Origin: Terriglobales bacterium
Lineage (GTDB): Bacteria; Acidobacteriota; Aminicenantia; Aminicenantales; Saccharicenantaceae
Assembly: GCA_035543515.1 (NCBI GenBank)
Contig: DATKJS010000124.1
Coordinates: 8,968 to 72,967 of the forward strand
Direction: 5' to 3'
Length of the DNA stretch: 64,000 nucleotides
The translations under genes were made by a program, and so were the position numbers. Below the pieces are notes generated by a model. It saw nothing but the letters and a program-made list of their open reading frames with translations. It was not told the DNA's origin and made no database searches. Below are positions 43,991 through 53,664 of this stretch, piece by piece (position 1 is the stretch's first letter; the number at the start of each line of letters is the position of its first letter).

Positions 43991-45745
43991 GTGACCCGAA
44001 CGACTGACGTCGCGTCCGCTTTCACCCATCGAGTCCGGACGCCGCTCGTCCGGCTCGCCGCCGCCCTCACCGCCGTCGCCGCGGTCCTCGCCTCCGGGGC
44101 CTGCTCGCGGGCGGCAGGGGTCCCGCCGGCCGACCTCGTCCTGACGAACGCCGCGGTCTATACCCTCGATAGGGAGCATCCCTGGGTCGAGGCCGTGGCC
44201 GTAGCCGGCGGCCGGATCGCCTACGCCGGGACCGCCGGGGGCGCCGCGCGTTTCCGCGGCCCGGCGACGCGGACGCTCGACCTCGGCGGCCGGATGGTCC
44301 TGCCCGCTTTCCAGGATTCCCACATCCACCTCATCGAGGGAGGCCTCGAGTCGCGCCTGTGCAACTTGGCCGGCCTCGAAACGGCGGAGGCCGTGGTCGC
44401 CGCGATCAAGGACTACGCGGCCCACAATCCCGACCGGGCTTGGATCACGGGCGGCCGCTGGGAGCTGCCCGTCTTCCCCAAGGCCAACCCGACCAAGGAG
44501 GACCTGGACAAGGCCGTGCCCGACCGGCCGGCCTGCCTCTTCGCCGCCGACGGCCATTCGGCCTGGGTCAACACCCGGGCCCTCAAGCTCGCCGGGGTCA
44601 CGGCCAAGACCCCCGACCCGCCCGGAGGCCGCATCGAGCGCGACCCGAGGACGGGCGAGCCGACCGGGACGCTGCGGGAGAGCGCCTCCGGCCTCGTCGC
44701 AAAGCTCGTCCCCGAGCCCGGCCCTGAAGAGACCCTGCGCGGCCTGAGGACCGGCCTGGAGATGACCCGGCGTCTCGGCATCACCTCGATCATCGAGGCC
44801 AACGCCCGGGAGGATCTCCTCGACGCCTACGCCGCCCTCGACCGCTCCGGCGAGATGGAACTCCGCGTCCTGGCCTCTCTCCACGTCGATACGGACAGAG
44901 GGCCGGCCGAAGTCGCCCGGCTCCGGGCCCTCCGCGAGAAGTACCACGGCGCCCGGTTGAAGTCCACGACGGCCAAGATCTTCGCCGACGGCGTCGTCGA
45001 GTCCCATACCGCCGCGCTCCTCGAGCCCTACCTCGACCGGCCCAAGGACCGGGGCCTGCCGCTCCTCGAGCCGGCCGCGTTCGACGCCCTGGCCGTCGCC
45101 CTCGACGCTGAGGGCTTCCAGATTCACGTCCACGCCATCGGCGACCGGGCCATCCGCATGACCCTGGACGCTCTCGAGGCGGCCCTGAGGGCCAACGGCC
45201 CGAAGGACCTGCGCCACCACGTCGCCCACCTCGAGCTCATCGACCCCGCCGACATCCCGCGGTTCAAGGCCCTCGGCGTCGTCGCCAATTTCCAGTCCCT
45301 CTGGGCCTACGCCGACCCGTACATCACCGAGCTGACCCTGCCCATCCTCGGCCCGCAGCGCTCCCGCTGGCTCTACCCGATCGGGAGCGTCGCGCGGACG
45401 GGCGCCGTCATCGCCGGCGGCAGCGACTGGCCGGTGTCCTCGGCCAACCCGCTCGAGGCCATCCAGGTCGCCGTCACCCGCCGCGGCCCGGACGCACCGG
45501 CCGGTCCGGCCTGGATCCCGGAGGAGACGGTCGACCTCCCGACGATGATCGCCGCCTACACGGCGAACGGGGCCTACCTGAGCCACGAGGAGGGCCTCCG
45601 GGGCGCGGTGGTCCCGGGAAAGCTCGCGGACCTCATCGTCCTCGACCGGAACCTTTTCAAGATCGCGCCGTGGGAGATCCACAAGGCCCGGGTCCTGCTG
45701 ACGCTCTTCGAAGGCCGCGAAGTCTGGCGCGACCCCGCCTTCTGA
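43991..45745 (+). CDS. Amidohydrolase-family (Amidohydro_3-type) metal-dependent hydrolase, lipoprotein
   Basis: The GTG start is preceded by an AAAGGAG Shine-Dalgarno. A signal peptide with lipobox LASGAC is present, with QDSHIHLIEGG and later HVHAIGD metal-binding motifs. Confidence 0.8.
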   Translation: MTRTTDVASAFTHRVRTPLVRLAAALTAVAAVLASGACSRAAGVPPADLVLTNAAVYTLDREHPWVEAVAVAGGRIAYAGTAGGAARFRGPATRTLDLGGRMVLPAFQDSHIHLIEGGLESRLCNLAGLETAEAVVAAIKDYAAHNPDRAWITGGRWELPVFPKANPTKEDLDKAVPDRPACLFAADGHSAWVNTRALKLAGVTAKTPDPPGGRIERDPRTGEPTGTLRESASGLVAKLVPEPGPEETLRGLRTGLEMTRRLGITSIIEANAREDLLDAYAALDRSGEMELRVLASLHVDTDRGPAEVARLRALREKYHGARLKSTTAKIFADGVVESHTAALLEPYLDRPKDRGLPLLEPAAFDALAVALDAEGFQIHVHAIGDRAIRMTLDALEAALRANGPKDLRHHVAHLELIDPADIPRFKALGVVANFQSLWAYADPYITELTLPILGPQRSRWLYPIGSVARTGAVIAGGSDWPVSSANPLEAIQVAVTRRGPDAPAGPAWIPEETVDLPTMIAAYTANGAYLSHEEGLRGAVVPGKLADLIVLDRNLFKIAPWEIHKARVLLTLFEGREVWRDPAF

Positions 45746-45810
45746 AACGTTGACTTGGGCTCCCCGAGGCGCTATGTTAACGTCAGAGGCTCAGCCGAGG
45801 GGAGGTTATC

Positions 45811-46107
45811 ATGTATGCCCGAGTCACGATCCTCCAATTGAAGAAAGGGAAGGCCGAGGAGGCGATCCGGCTCTATGAGATGAGCATCCTGCCCGCCGCC
45901 GAGGCCCAGAAGGGATATCGCGGGTCCTACGTCCTGGCCGACCGGCAGGCCGACAAGGGGATCACCGTGACCTTCTGGGAGAGCGAAAGGGACGCCCTCG
46001 ACAACGAGGAGAACCGTTACTACCAGGAGCAGCTGGTCAAGGTCGTCAACTTCCTCGCGGCGCCCCCCATCCGCGAGGGCTACGACGTGGCTGTTTCCGA
46101 CCGCTGA
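45811..46107 (+). CDS. Small ABM/Dabb-like alpha+beta barrel protein (98 aa)
   Basis: A promoter TTGACT-17-TATGTT lies upstream, and a GAGGGGAGG Shine-Dalgarno precedes the ATG. The fold family is inferred from memory of the sequence pattern only. Confidence 0.5.
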   Translation: MYARVTILQLKKGKAEEAIRLYEMSILPAAEAQKGYRGSYVLADRQADKGITVTFWESERDALDNEENRYYQEQLVKVVNFLAAPPIREGYDVAVSDR

Positions 46108-46179
46108 GCCCTGCCCCCCGCCCGTTGTTTACGGAACCCTCGGGGTATGCTATAACATACATCCGCCATTCGAGGCCGC

Positions 46180-46824
46180 ATGAATATCCTATCGATCGTC
46201 CTCCAGGTCTTCGTGGTCCTCTTCGCCATCACGGTCCACGAGGCCGCGCACGGCTGGGCCGCCCTGAAAATGGGCGACCCGACCGCCTACGCCGCCGGCC
46301 GCGTCACCCTCAACCCCTTGGCCCACATCGACCTCATCGGGACGGTCCTCCTTCCGCTGGTGCTGATCCTCGCCCACCAGCCGGTCTTCGGCTGGGCCAA
46401 GCCGGTCCCCGTCAATCCCCATAACCTCCGGCACCCGCGCAAGGACAGCCTGTGGATCTCCCTTGCCGGGCCGGCCGCGAACCTGGCCACGGCCGCCGTG
46501 TCGCTCGTCCTCCTGAGGCTGACGCTGCGCCTCGCCGCGGGCATGCCCGCCGCCTCGATGTGGGCCAAGTCGGTCGGGGGCCTGGCGCAGCTCCTCTACA
46601 TGGCCGTCATGATCAACTTGGCCTTGGCCGTCTTCAACCTCATCCCCATCCCGCCCCTCGACGGGAGCGGGATCCTGGCCGGCCTCCTCCCCGAACAGGC
46701 GGCGGCCCAGTACGAGCGCCTCCGTCCTTACGGATTCATCCTCCTGATCATTCTCGTCTACACCAACGTCCTGAACTCTATCTTCAACCCCATCCAGAGC
46801 CTCGTCCTCCGCCTCCTCCGCTAG
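46180..46824 (+). CDS. M50-family membrane metalloprotease (site-2 protease-like)
   Basis: The zinc site is HEAAHGWAA, and the NLIPIPPLDGSG motif is present. The protein is polytopic. Confidence 0.8.
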   Translation: MNILSIVLQVFVVLFAITVHEAAHGWAALKMGDPTAYAAGRVTLNPLAHIDLIGTVLLPLVLILAHQPVFGWAKPVPVNPHNLRHPRKDSLWISLAGPAANLATAAVSLVLLRLTLRLAAGMPAASMWAKSVGGLAQLLYMAVMINLALAVFNLIPIPPLDGSGILAGLLPEQAAAQYERLRPYGFILLIILVYTNVLNSIFNPIQSLVLRLLR

Positions 46825-46825
46825 C

Positions 46826-47623
46826 ATGCCCGAAGACGTTCTCGACCCCCTCCCCGCCGAAGAGGCCGCGCCCATCCCGCCGGCCGAGGCCGGCGACGGC
46901 TACCAGGTCCGCCTCGGCGCGTTCGAGGGACCGCTCGACCTCCTCCTCTTCCTCATCCGGAAGAAGAAGATCGACATCCACGACATCCCTATCGCCACCA
47001 TCACCCGCGACTATCTCGGCTACCTCGAGCGCAAGGAGCGCATCAACCTCGACCGCGAGGCCGAGTTCCTTTTCATCGCCGCCCTCCTCATCTACATCAA
47101 GTCCCAGATGCTCCTGCCCCGGGAGACGGACCTGGCCGAGCAGGATGACCCTCGCCGCGTCCTCGTCAACCGCCTCCTCGAGTATGAGAAGGTCAAGGCC
47201 GCCTGCTCCGTCCTCCGCGGCCGCGAGGAGGCCCAGATCCTCCAGTGGCGGCGGAACTTCCTCCCGCCGCTCCCCGGCGAGAGCGCGCTCGATTTCGTCG
47301 AGGTCAGCCTCTTCGACCTGGCCGAATCCTTCTTCCTCCTGATGAAGCGCCGGGCGGCGGAGGACACGCGCATCATCAAGGGCCGGGACGTCTCGACCGA
47401 GGAGAAGATGAAGGAGCTCCTCGGCCTCCTCCGCGACGGCCAGGTCCTCGACTTCCTCGCCTACTTCGAAACCCAGGCCTCGCTCGAAGAAGCCCTCGTT
47501 TCGTTCTTCTGTCTTCTCGAGCTCGTCAAGACGCGGACGGCCGTGGCCGCCCAGGACGAGATCTTCCAGACCATCCGGGTCTGGCTCCGCAAAGACACGC
47601 GCCGGGCAGGTCACCATGAGTAA
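46826..47623 (+). CDS. scpA: Segregation and condensation protein A
   Basis: LGAFEGPLDLLLFLIRKKKIDIHDIPIATIT is the ScpA signature. Confidence 0.85.
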   Translation: MPEDVLDPLPAEEAAPIPPAEAGDGYQVRLGAFEGPLDLLLFLIRKKKIDIHDIPIATITRDYLGYLERKERINLDREAEFLFIAALLIYIKSQMLLPRETDLAEQDDPRRVLVNRLLEYEKVKAACSVLRGREEAQILQWRRNFLPPLPGESALDFVEVSLFDLAESFFLLMKRRAAEDTRIIKGRDVSTEEKMKELLGLLRDGQVLDFLAYFETQASLEEALVSFFCLLELVKTRTAVAAQDEIFQTIRVWLRKDTRRAGHHE

Positions 47624-48164
47624 CGAGCTGCGGGACATCATCGAGTCCCTGATCTTCATCTCCCAGGACCCCTTGAGCGTCGACCGGATCGCCGCCGTCC
47701 TCGAGGGCGCGGCGGCCACGGACATCCAGGCCGCCGTCGACGAGCTCGCCCGCGGCTACGCCGAGGCGGGCCGGGGCATCCGGGTCGTCCACACGGGCGG
47801 CGGGTATATCTTCACGACGCACCCGGACCACGACCGCTGGGTCCGCAAGCTCCTCCAGATCGAACGCAGGAACAAGCTCTCCTCGGCCGCCCTGGAGACG
47901 CTCGCGGCCATCGCCTACCATCAGCCCGTGACCCAGTCCGAGGTCTCGGCCATCCGGGGCGTCGATTCGACCTACACGCTGAAGACCCTTCTCGACAAGA
48001 AGCTCCTCAAGATCGTCGGGCGGAAGAAAGCGCCGGGGAACCCCCTCGTCTACCGGACCTCGGAGCGCTTCCTCCAATATTTCGGGCTCAACGGGCTCGA
48101 CGAGCTGCCGTCGGAGGAGGAGATCGGCAAGATCCTCCAGGAGGAGAAAGCGTCCGAGGGGTAG
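47616..48164 (+). CDS. scpB: Segregation and condensation protein B
   Basis: IESLIFISQDPLSV begins two winged-helix domains. It overlaps the scpA stop. Confidence 0.85.
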   Translation: MSNELRDIIESLIFISQDPLSVDRIAAVLEGAAATDIQAAVDELARGYAEAGRGIRVVHTGGGYIFTTHPDHDRWVRKLLQIERRNKLSSAALETLAAIAYHQPVTQSEVSAIRGVDSTYTLKTLLDKKLLKIVGRKKAPGNPLVYRTSERFLQYFGLNGLDELPSEEEIGKILQEEKASEG

Positions 48165-48250
48165 CCGCTAAGTCTAGTCTCCGCCAGCACTTAGAGTTGA
48201 CAAAGCGGGGCGGCTCAGATAGGATAGGGCCTATTTCCGATCGCGAGACC

Positions 48251-49108
48251 ATGGAAATCATCGTCGCCGAACACAGCGGACTCTGCTATGGCGTCAGGCG
48301 CGCCCTGACCGTGGCCCGCCGCACGCGCCGGGCCCGCGCCGGGAGCGTCACGACCCTCGGCGACCTCATCCACAACCCCCGCGTCGTGGCCGGCCTCGCA
48401 GCGGAGGGCATCGGCTCGGCCGGGACCCCCGAGGGGGTGCCCGCCGGGACGGTCGTCATCCGCAGCCACGGGGTCGCCCCCGAGGTTGTGCGCCGCCTGC
48501 GCCGCCGCAAGATCGACGTCGTCGACGCGACCTGCCCGATCGTCCAGAACATCCAGCGGCTGGTCGAGGCCCTGGCCCGCCGAGGCCGCGAGATCGTCAT
48601 CGTCGGCCACCGCGAGCACCCGGAGACGCGCGGCCTCGTCGGCTACAGCCGCGGCCGGGGCGTCGTCGTCGAGGACGAGGGCCAGGCCCGCCGGCTTCCC
48701 CTCCGCAAGTCCCGGGCCGTCGTGGCCCAATCGACGCAGGGCCTCGAGGCCTTCGAGCGCGTCGTCGCCGTCCTCGTCGGCAGGACCCGGGAGCTCGTCG
48801 TCCACAACACCATCTGCGATTCGACCCGGACCCGCCAGAAGGCGACCGCGGAGCTCGCCGGCCGGGTCGACGCGATGTTCATCGTCGGCGGCCGGCAGAG
48901 CTCGAACACCGCCCGCCTCTACGAGATTTCCAAGCGCCTCCGGCCGCGGACCTACTTCATCGAGAGCGCCGGGCAGATCACCCCGGCCATGCTCCGGGGG
49001 GCCCGGACGATCGGACTCTCCGGGGGCGCCTCGACGCCGCCCGAAGCCATCCAAGAAGCCGTTGGCGCCATCGAGCGGAGCTTCAAACGGAATACCATCA
49101 GGGAGTGA
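48251..49108 (+). CDS. ispH: 4-hydroxy-3-methylbut-2-enyl diphosphate reductase
   Basis: Start at 48251 (MEIIVAEHSGLCYGVRRA); the track ORF is extended upstream. A TTGACA-17-TAGGAT promoter sits at 48195-48223. The conserved Cys, His and SSNT motifs are present. Confidence 0.9.
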   Translation: MEIIVAEHSGLCYGVRRALTVARRTRRARAGSVTTLGDLIHNPRVVAGLAAEGIGSAGTPEGVPAGTVVIRSHGVAPEVVRRLRRRKIDVVDATCPIVQNIQRLVEALARRGREIVIVGHREHPETRGLVGYSRGRGVVVEDEGQARRLPLRKSRAVVAQSTQGLEAFERVVAVLVGRTRELVVHNTICDSTRTRQKATAELAGRVDAMFIVGGRQSSNTARLYEISKRLRPRTYFIESAGQITPAMLRGARTIGLSGGASTPPEAIQEAVGAIERSFKRNTIRE

Positions 49109-49115
49109 ACGTGCC

Positions 49116-50873
49116 ATGACCGAATCCACCAAACACCCGGACCGCGACGACCCCAAGATGTCGTCGGAGGACTACGAGCACCTGCTGGACCACTACCAGT
49201 TCCACCAGCAGGAGATCACGATGGGCAAGATCCTCAAGGGACGGGTGATCAAGAGGACGCCGACCCACGTCCTCGTCGACATCGGCTTCAAGACTGAAGG
49301 GGCCATCCCTGTCGAGGAGTTCAGCGACACCAAGGCGCTGGCCGAGCTCCGGCCGGGCTCCGAGGTCGAGGCCATGCTCGAAAAGACGGACGTCAAGGAC
49401 GGCTACCTCATCCTCTCCAAGCGGCGGGCCGACGGCGTGCGCGCCATCGACCTCCTGGAAAAGGCCTTCGCCCAGAACACGGCGGTCGCCGGCAAGGTCG
49501 TCGACCGGACCCGGGGCGGCTTCGCCGTCGACGTCGGCATCCCCGCCTTCCTGCCGGAATCCCACGCGGACATCCGGCCGGTCAAGGACCCCGCCTCCCT
49601 CATCGGCCAGACCCTCAAGTTCAGGGTCATGAAGTTCGACCGCAAGAGCGAGAACGCCGTCCTCTCCCGCCGGCTCCTCCTCCAGGACGAGCGCGAGAAG
49701 CGCAAGCGGCGGGTCTTCGACCATCTGGCCAAGGGCCAGAAGCTCCCCGGGCACGTCCGGTCGCTGACGAACTTCGGCGCCTTCGTCGACATCGGCGGCG
49801 TCGAGGGGCTCCTCCACGTCTCGGACATGTCCTGGGGCAAGATCGGCCATCCCTCCGAGCTCCTCAAGGCCGGCCAGGAGATCGAGGTCGTCGTCCTCGA
49901 CTTCAACGAGAAGGACGAGCGGATCTCCCTCGGCCTCAAGCAGCTGACCCCCGACCCGTGGGCCAACATCGCCGAGAAGTACCAGGCCGGCCAGAAGATC
50001 ACGGGCAAGGTCTCGAGCCTGACCGACTTCGGCGCCTTCGTCGAGCTCGAGAAGGGCGTCGAGGGGCTCGTCCACATCTCCGACCTGACCTGGTCGCGCA
50101 AGCTCGTCCATCCGAAGAAGATCCTGTCGCCGGGCCAGGAGGTCGTCGTGACCATCCTCGACGTCAACCCGACGACCAAGCGGATCTCGCTCGGCCTCAA
50201 GCAGGCCTCGCCCCATCCGCTCGACGTCTTCAAGCAGAAACACGGCGTCGGGTCGCGGATCAAGGGCCCCGTGACGAGCCTGACCGATTTCGGCGCCTTC
50301 GTCGAGATCGAGAAGGGGATCGAGGGGCTCGTCCACATCTCCGACATCACCTGGGAGAAGGCCAAGCATCCGTCCGAGAAGCTCCGGGTCGGCCAGGAGG
50401 TCGAGGCCCTCGTCCTGGCCATCGACGTCGAGCGCCAGAAGGTCTCCCTCGGCATCAAGCAGCTCGAGGGGGACATCTGGGAGGACTTCTTCAGCCGGCA
50501 GCAGGTCGGGGACATCGTCAAGGTCAAGATCGTCCGCATCACGGACTTCGGCGTCTTCGTCGAGATCGTCCCGGGCATCGAGGGCGTCGTCTTCACCTCC
50601 GAGCTCGACGAGAAGAAGATCGAGAAGCCCTCGGACGAGTTCGCCGTCGGCGACGAGCGGAACGCCAAGATCATCCGGCTCAACCCGAAGGCCAAGAAGA
50701 TCTCCCTCAGCTTCAAGCAGGCCCAGTTCGATCTCCAGAAGCAGGAGTTCCAGAAGTTCATGGACTCCCAGGACGACCGGATGACGCTCGGCGATATCAT
50801 GAAGGACCAGCTGAAAAACCTGGCCGCCCTCAAACGGGGAACCAAAAAGGAGGATTCGCGTGATAAAAGCTGA
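49116..50873 (+). CDS. rpsA: 30S ribosomal protein S1 (six S1 domains)
   Basis: The ATG at 49116 follows a GGGAG Shine-Dalgarno. Repeated S1 motifs are present (G.V..LT.FGAFV.L..GVEGL.H.S). Confidence 0.9.
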   Translation: MTESTKHPDRDDPKMSSEDYEHLLDHYQFHQQEITMGKILKGRVIKRTPTHVLVDIGFKTEGAIPVEEFSDTKALAELRPGSEVEAMLEKTDVKDGYLILSKRRADGVRAIDLLEKAFAQNTAVAGKVVDRTRGGFAVDVGIPAFLPESHADIRPVKDPASLIGQTLKFRVMKFDRKSENAVLSRRLLLQDEREKRKRRVFDHLAKGQKLPGHVRSLTNFGAFVDIGGVEGLLHVSDMSWGKIGHPSELLKAGQEIEVVVLDFNEKDERISLGLKQLTPDPWANIAEKYQAGQKITGKVSSLTDFGAFVELEKGVEGLVHISDLTWSRKLVHPKKILSPGQEVVVTILDVNPTTKRISLGLKQASPHPLDVFKQKHGVGSRIKGPVTSLTDFGAFVEIEKGIEGLVHISDITWEKAKHPSEKLRVGQEVEALVLAIDVERQKVSLGIKQLEGDIWEDFFSRQQVGDIVKVKIVRITDFGVFVEIVPGIEGVVFTSELDEKKIEKPSDEFAVGDERNAKIIRLNPKAKKISLSFKQAQFDLQKQEFQKFMDSQDDRMTLGDIMKDQLKNLAALKRGTKKEDSRDKS

Positions 50874-51135
50874 CCTGATCAACAAGATCTCTCAGGAGCT
50901 CAGCATCCCCAAGCAGGATGCCGAGACGGGCGTCAACATGTTCTTCGAGACGATCCGGGAGGCCATCCTCAAAGGGGAGGAGATCGAGATCCGCGGCTTC
51001 GGGAGCTTCCGGTTCCGCAAGCGGACGTCGCGCTCGGGGCGCAACCCCCGGACGGGCGAGCCGGTCAAGGTCCCGCCGAAGAAGGTCCTCTATTTCAAGC
51101 CGAGCAAGCTGCTCAAGGAGCTGATCAACAAGTAA
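50860..51135 (+). CDS. HU/IHF-family DNA-binding protein (IHF-beta-like)
   Basis: A GTG start with an AAAAAGGAGGA Shine-Dalgarno. GFGSFRFRKRTSRSGRNPRTGEPVKVPPKK is the HU-arm signature. The rpsA-ihfB gene order is as in E. coli. Confidence 0.85.
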   Translation: MIKADLINKISQELSIPKQDAETGVNMFFETIREAILKGEEIEIRGFGSFRFRKRTSRSGRNPRTGEPVKVPPKKVLYFKPSKLLKELINK

Positions 51136-51647
51136 TGCGCTACCTGACCGCACCCTGGCGGGCGGCGTACGTCCGCAAGGCCCTGAGCGTCCGGGGCTGC
51201 ATCTTCTGCGACGCCATCAAGGCGGGCGAGGACCGCGAGGCCGCCGTCCTCTGCCGCGGCCGCCGGGCCTTCATCATGCTCAACCGCTACCCCTACACGC
51301 CGGGCCATCTCATGATCGCCCCCGCGCGGCACCTGCCCGACCTGACCCGGGTCCGGCCGGACGAGGGCGCCGAGATCTTCGCGCTCCTCCAAGCCGCCCT
51401 CCGGGCCCTCGGCGCGGCCTACAAGCCCCACGGCTTCAACACGGGCATGAACCTCGGGCGGAGCGCCGGGGCCGGGGTCACCGGCCATGTCCATCTCCAC
51501 GTCGTCCCGCGCTGGACCGGGGACTCGAACTTCATGCCCCTCGTCGGCGGGACCCGGGTCTTCATCGAAGACCTCGACGCGACCTACGAACGACTGCGTC
51601 CTCTGTTCGACCGAGAGAGGCAGCGGATCAAGCGGGCGGAGCGGTGA
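51135..51647 (+). CDS. HIT-family (histidine triad) protein
   Basis: HVHLHVVPR is the histidine triad motif. The N-terminal Cys cluster CIFCD is present. Confidence 0.8.
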   Translation: MRYLTAPWRAAYVRKALSVRGCIFCDAIKAGEDREAAVLCRGRRAFIMLNRYPYTPGHLMIAPARHLPDLTRVRPDEGAEIFALLQAALRALGAAYKPHGFNTGMNLGRSAGAGVTGHVHLHVVPRWTGDSNFMPLVGGTRVFIEDLDATYERLRPLFDRERQRIKRAER

Positions 51648-51682
51648 GCGAGGCCCTCCGCGACCGGCATTGAGGTGTCATC

Positions 51683-53608
51683 ATGCTTAAGACCATGCGG
51701 AAGAACGTCAAGTCGCTGAAATGGATCCTGTGGATCATCGTGGCCACGTTCGTCGTCTCCATCTTCTTCATCTGGGGCGGCGCCGGCCGGCTCGGGGAGG
51801 GGGGCGGCGGGAACACCCTGGCCATGGTCGGCCGGGAGAAGATCTCCGGAGACGAGTACACCCGGGACCTCCGCCAGAGGCTCGACGCCATGAAGAAGCA
51901 GTTCCCCGGCCTCAACGAGAACCTCATCCAGCAGCTCAACATCCCCCAGCAGACGCTCGAGCAGCTCATCCAGCAGCGGCTCCTCCTCCAGATCGCCCGT
52001 GAGAAGGGAATCCGGGCCACGGACGACGAGGTCCGGGCGAAGATCGTCTCCTACCCCGTCTTCCAGCGGGACGGCAAGTTCGTCGGCTTTGACGCCTACA
52101 AGAGGGTCCTTAACTACTACCACATCCCGCTCAAGGACTTCGAGGAGGGGCTCCGGCAGGAGGTCGTCATGTCCAAGACCGTCGGCTACCTCACGGCCGG
52201 GATCATCGTCACGGAGGACGAGGTCTGGGACGGCTACCGGAAGCAGAACGACTCGGCCAAGATCGAGTACGTCGTCGCCGAGGCCTCCAAGGTCGAGGTC
52301 AAGGACAAGCCGACGGAGGCCGAGGTCCAGGCCCGATTCGCTAAGGCCCCCGGGGCCTATAAAGTCCCGGAGAAGCGCCTTGCCGAATACGTCTTCCTCA
52401 AGACCGATGACGCCAAGAAGGACGTCAAGGTCACGCCGGCGGAGGTCGAGAAGTACTACAAGGACAACCTCGCCCAGTTCCGCGAGCCGGAGCGCCTGCG
52501 CCTCAGCCGGATCTGGCTGCCCTTCACCGCGAAGGACAAGGAGGCCGTGCTGGCCCAGGCCCGCGACATCCTGAAGAAGGCCCAGGCCGGCGCCGATTTC
52601 GCGGTCCTGGCCAGGACGTTCTCGAAGGACGACAAGGCCAAGTCCGGCGGGGACTGGGGCCTGACCGACTGGCGGTCCCTGTCGGCCAAGGAGACTGAGG
52701 CCGCGGCCAGGCTCGCGGCCGGCCGCGTCTCCGACGTCGTCGAGACCGACACAGGCGCGGCCATCCTGAAGGCGACCGAGAAGGCCCCGGCGGCGACCAA
52801 GGCCCTGGCCGAGGTCAGCGCCACGATCAAGGGCATTCTCGAGGACCAGAAGGCCCGGGCCATCGTCTCCGACCGGATCGGGCGGCTCGAGAAGCTGGCC
52901 CGCAAGGAGAAGAGCCTCGACGTCGCCGCCCAGAAGGAAGGGCTCAAGGTCTCGGCGACGGGCGCCCTCCGCAAGGGGGCCCCGCTGGGCGACTTCGACT
53001 CGGCCGGCGCCGTCAGCGACGCCCTGTTCGGGCTCAAGGAGAAGGCGATCTCGGCCCCGATCTACACCTACACGGGAGCCGGCCTGGCCCAGCTCCAAAA
53101 GGTCGAGCCCGAGCGGCCGGCCAAGCTCGAGGAGGTTCGCGACGAGGTCGAGAAGACGATCCTCGACGGCTGGAAAAAGGAGCGGGCCCTGGCGACCCTC
53201 CGCGAGCTCCGGACGAAGCTCAAGGATGACTGGGCCGTCGAGGCGGGCAAGCTCAAGCTCGAGTACAAGACGGTCGCGGAGCACAAGCGGGAGCAATACC
53301 TGAGCCTCGTCGGCGACGACCCGGCCGTCGACGCCCTCGTCTTCTCGCTCCCGCTCAAGCAGGTCAGCGACCCCGTTCCGGTCGAGGACGGCTACGGCCT
53401 CTTCCGCGTCCTCGAGAGGAAGGAGACGACGCGCGCCGACTTCGACAAGGTCAAGGCCACCGAGCGGGAAACCCTCCTCGAGCAGAAGCGGAACAAGTTC
53501 CTCCAGTCGGTCCTGGCCCAGGCCCGGGAGGAGAGGAAGGTCCGGGTCAACTACGACCTCTTCGTCAAGCTCAATTCCCAGGTCATCTCGCGCTACGCCG
53601 GAGAGTGA
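51683..53608 (+). CDS. ppiD: Periplasmic chaperone PpiD/SurA-like peptidyl-prolyl isomerase, membrane anchored
   Basis: An N-terminal transmembrane segment is followed by SurA-N-like and parvulin-like segments in 641 aa. Confidence 0.75.
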   Translation: MLKTMRKNVKSLKWILWIIVATFVVSIFFIWGGAGRLGEGGGGNTLAMVGREKISGDEYTRDLRQRLDAMKKQFPGLNENLIQQLNIPQQTLEQLIQQRLLLQIAREKGIRATDDEVRAKIVSYPVFQRDGKFVGFDAYKRVLNYYHIPLKDFEEGLRQEVVMSKTVGYLTAGIIVTEDEVWDGYRKQNDSAKIEYVVAEASKVEVKDKPTEAEVQARFAKAPGAYKVPEKRLAEYVFLKTDDAKKDVKVTPAEVEKYYKDNLAQFREPERLRLSRIWLPFTAKDKEAVLAQARDILKKAQAGADFAVLARTFSKDDKAKSGGDWGLTDWRSLSAKETEAAARLAAGRVSDVVETDTGAAILKATEKAPAATKALAEVSATIKGILEDQKARAIVSDRIGRLEKLARKEKSLDVAAQKEGLKVSATGALRKGAPLGDFDSAGAVSDALFGLKEKAISAPIYTYTGAGLAQLQKVEPERPAKLEEVRDEVEKTILDGWKKERALATLRELRTKLKDDWAVEAGKLKLEYKTVAEHKREQYLSLVGDDPAVDALVFSLPLKQVSDPVPVEDGYGLFRVLERKETTRADFDKVKATERETLLEQKRNKFLQSVLAQAREERKVRVNYDLFVKLNSQVISRYAGE

Positions 53609-53664
53609 CCGGCCCCATCGCCCGCGCTTCAAGTAAACCGATCTTTATTTGAAAGGAGAGCGAG

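Noticed and set aside
51584-53632. 682-aa minus-strand ORF opposite ppiD
   Set aside because: It is an antisense artefact with Leu/Asp/Gly/Arg-rich low-complexity translation.
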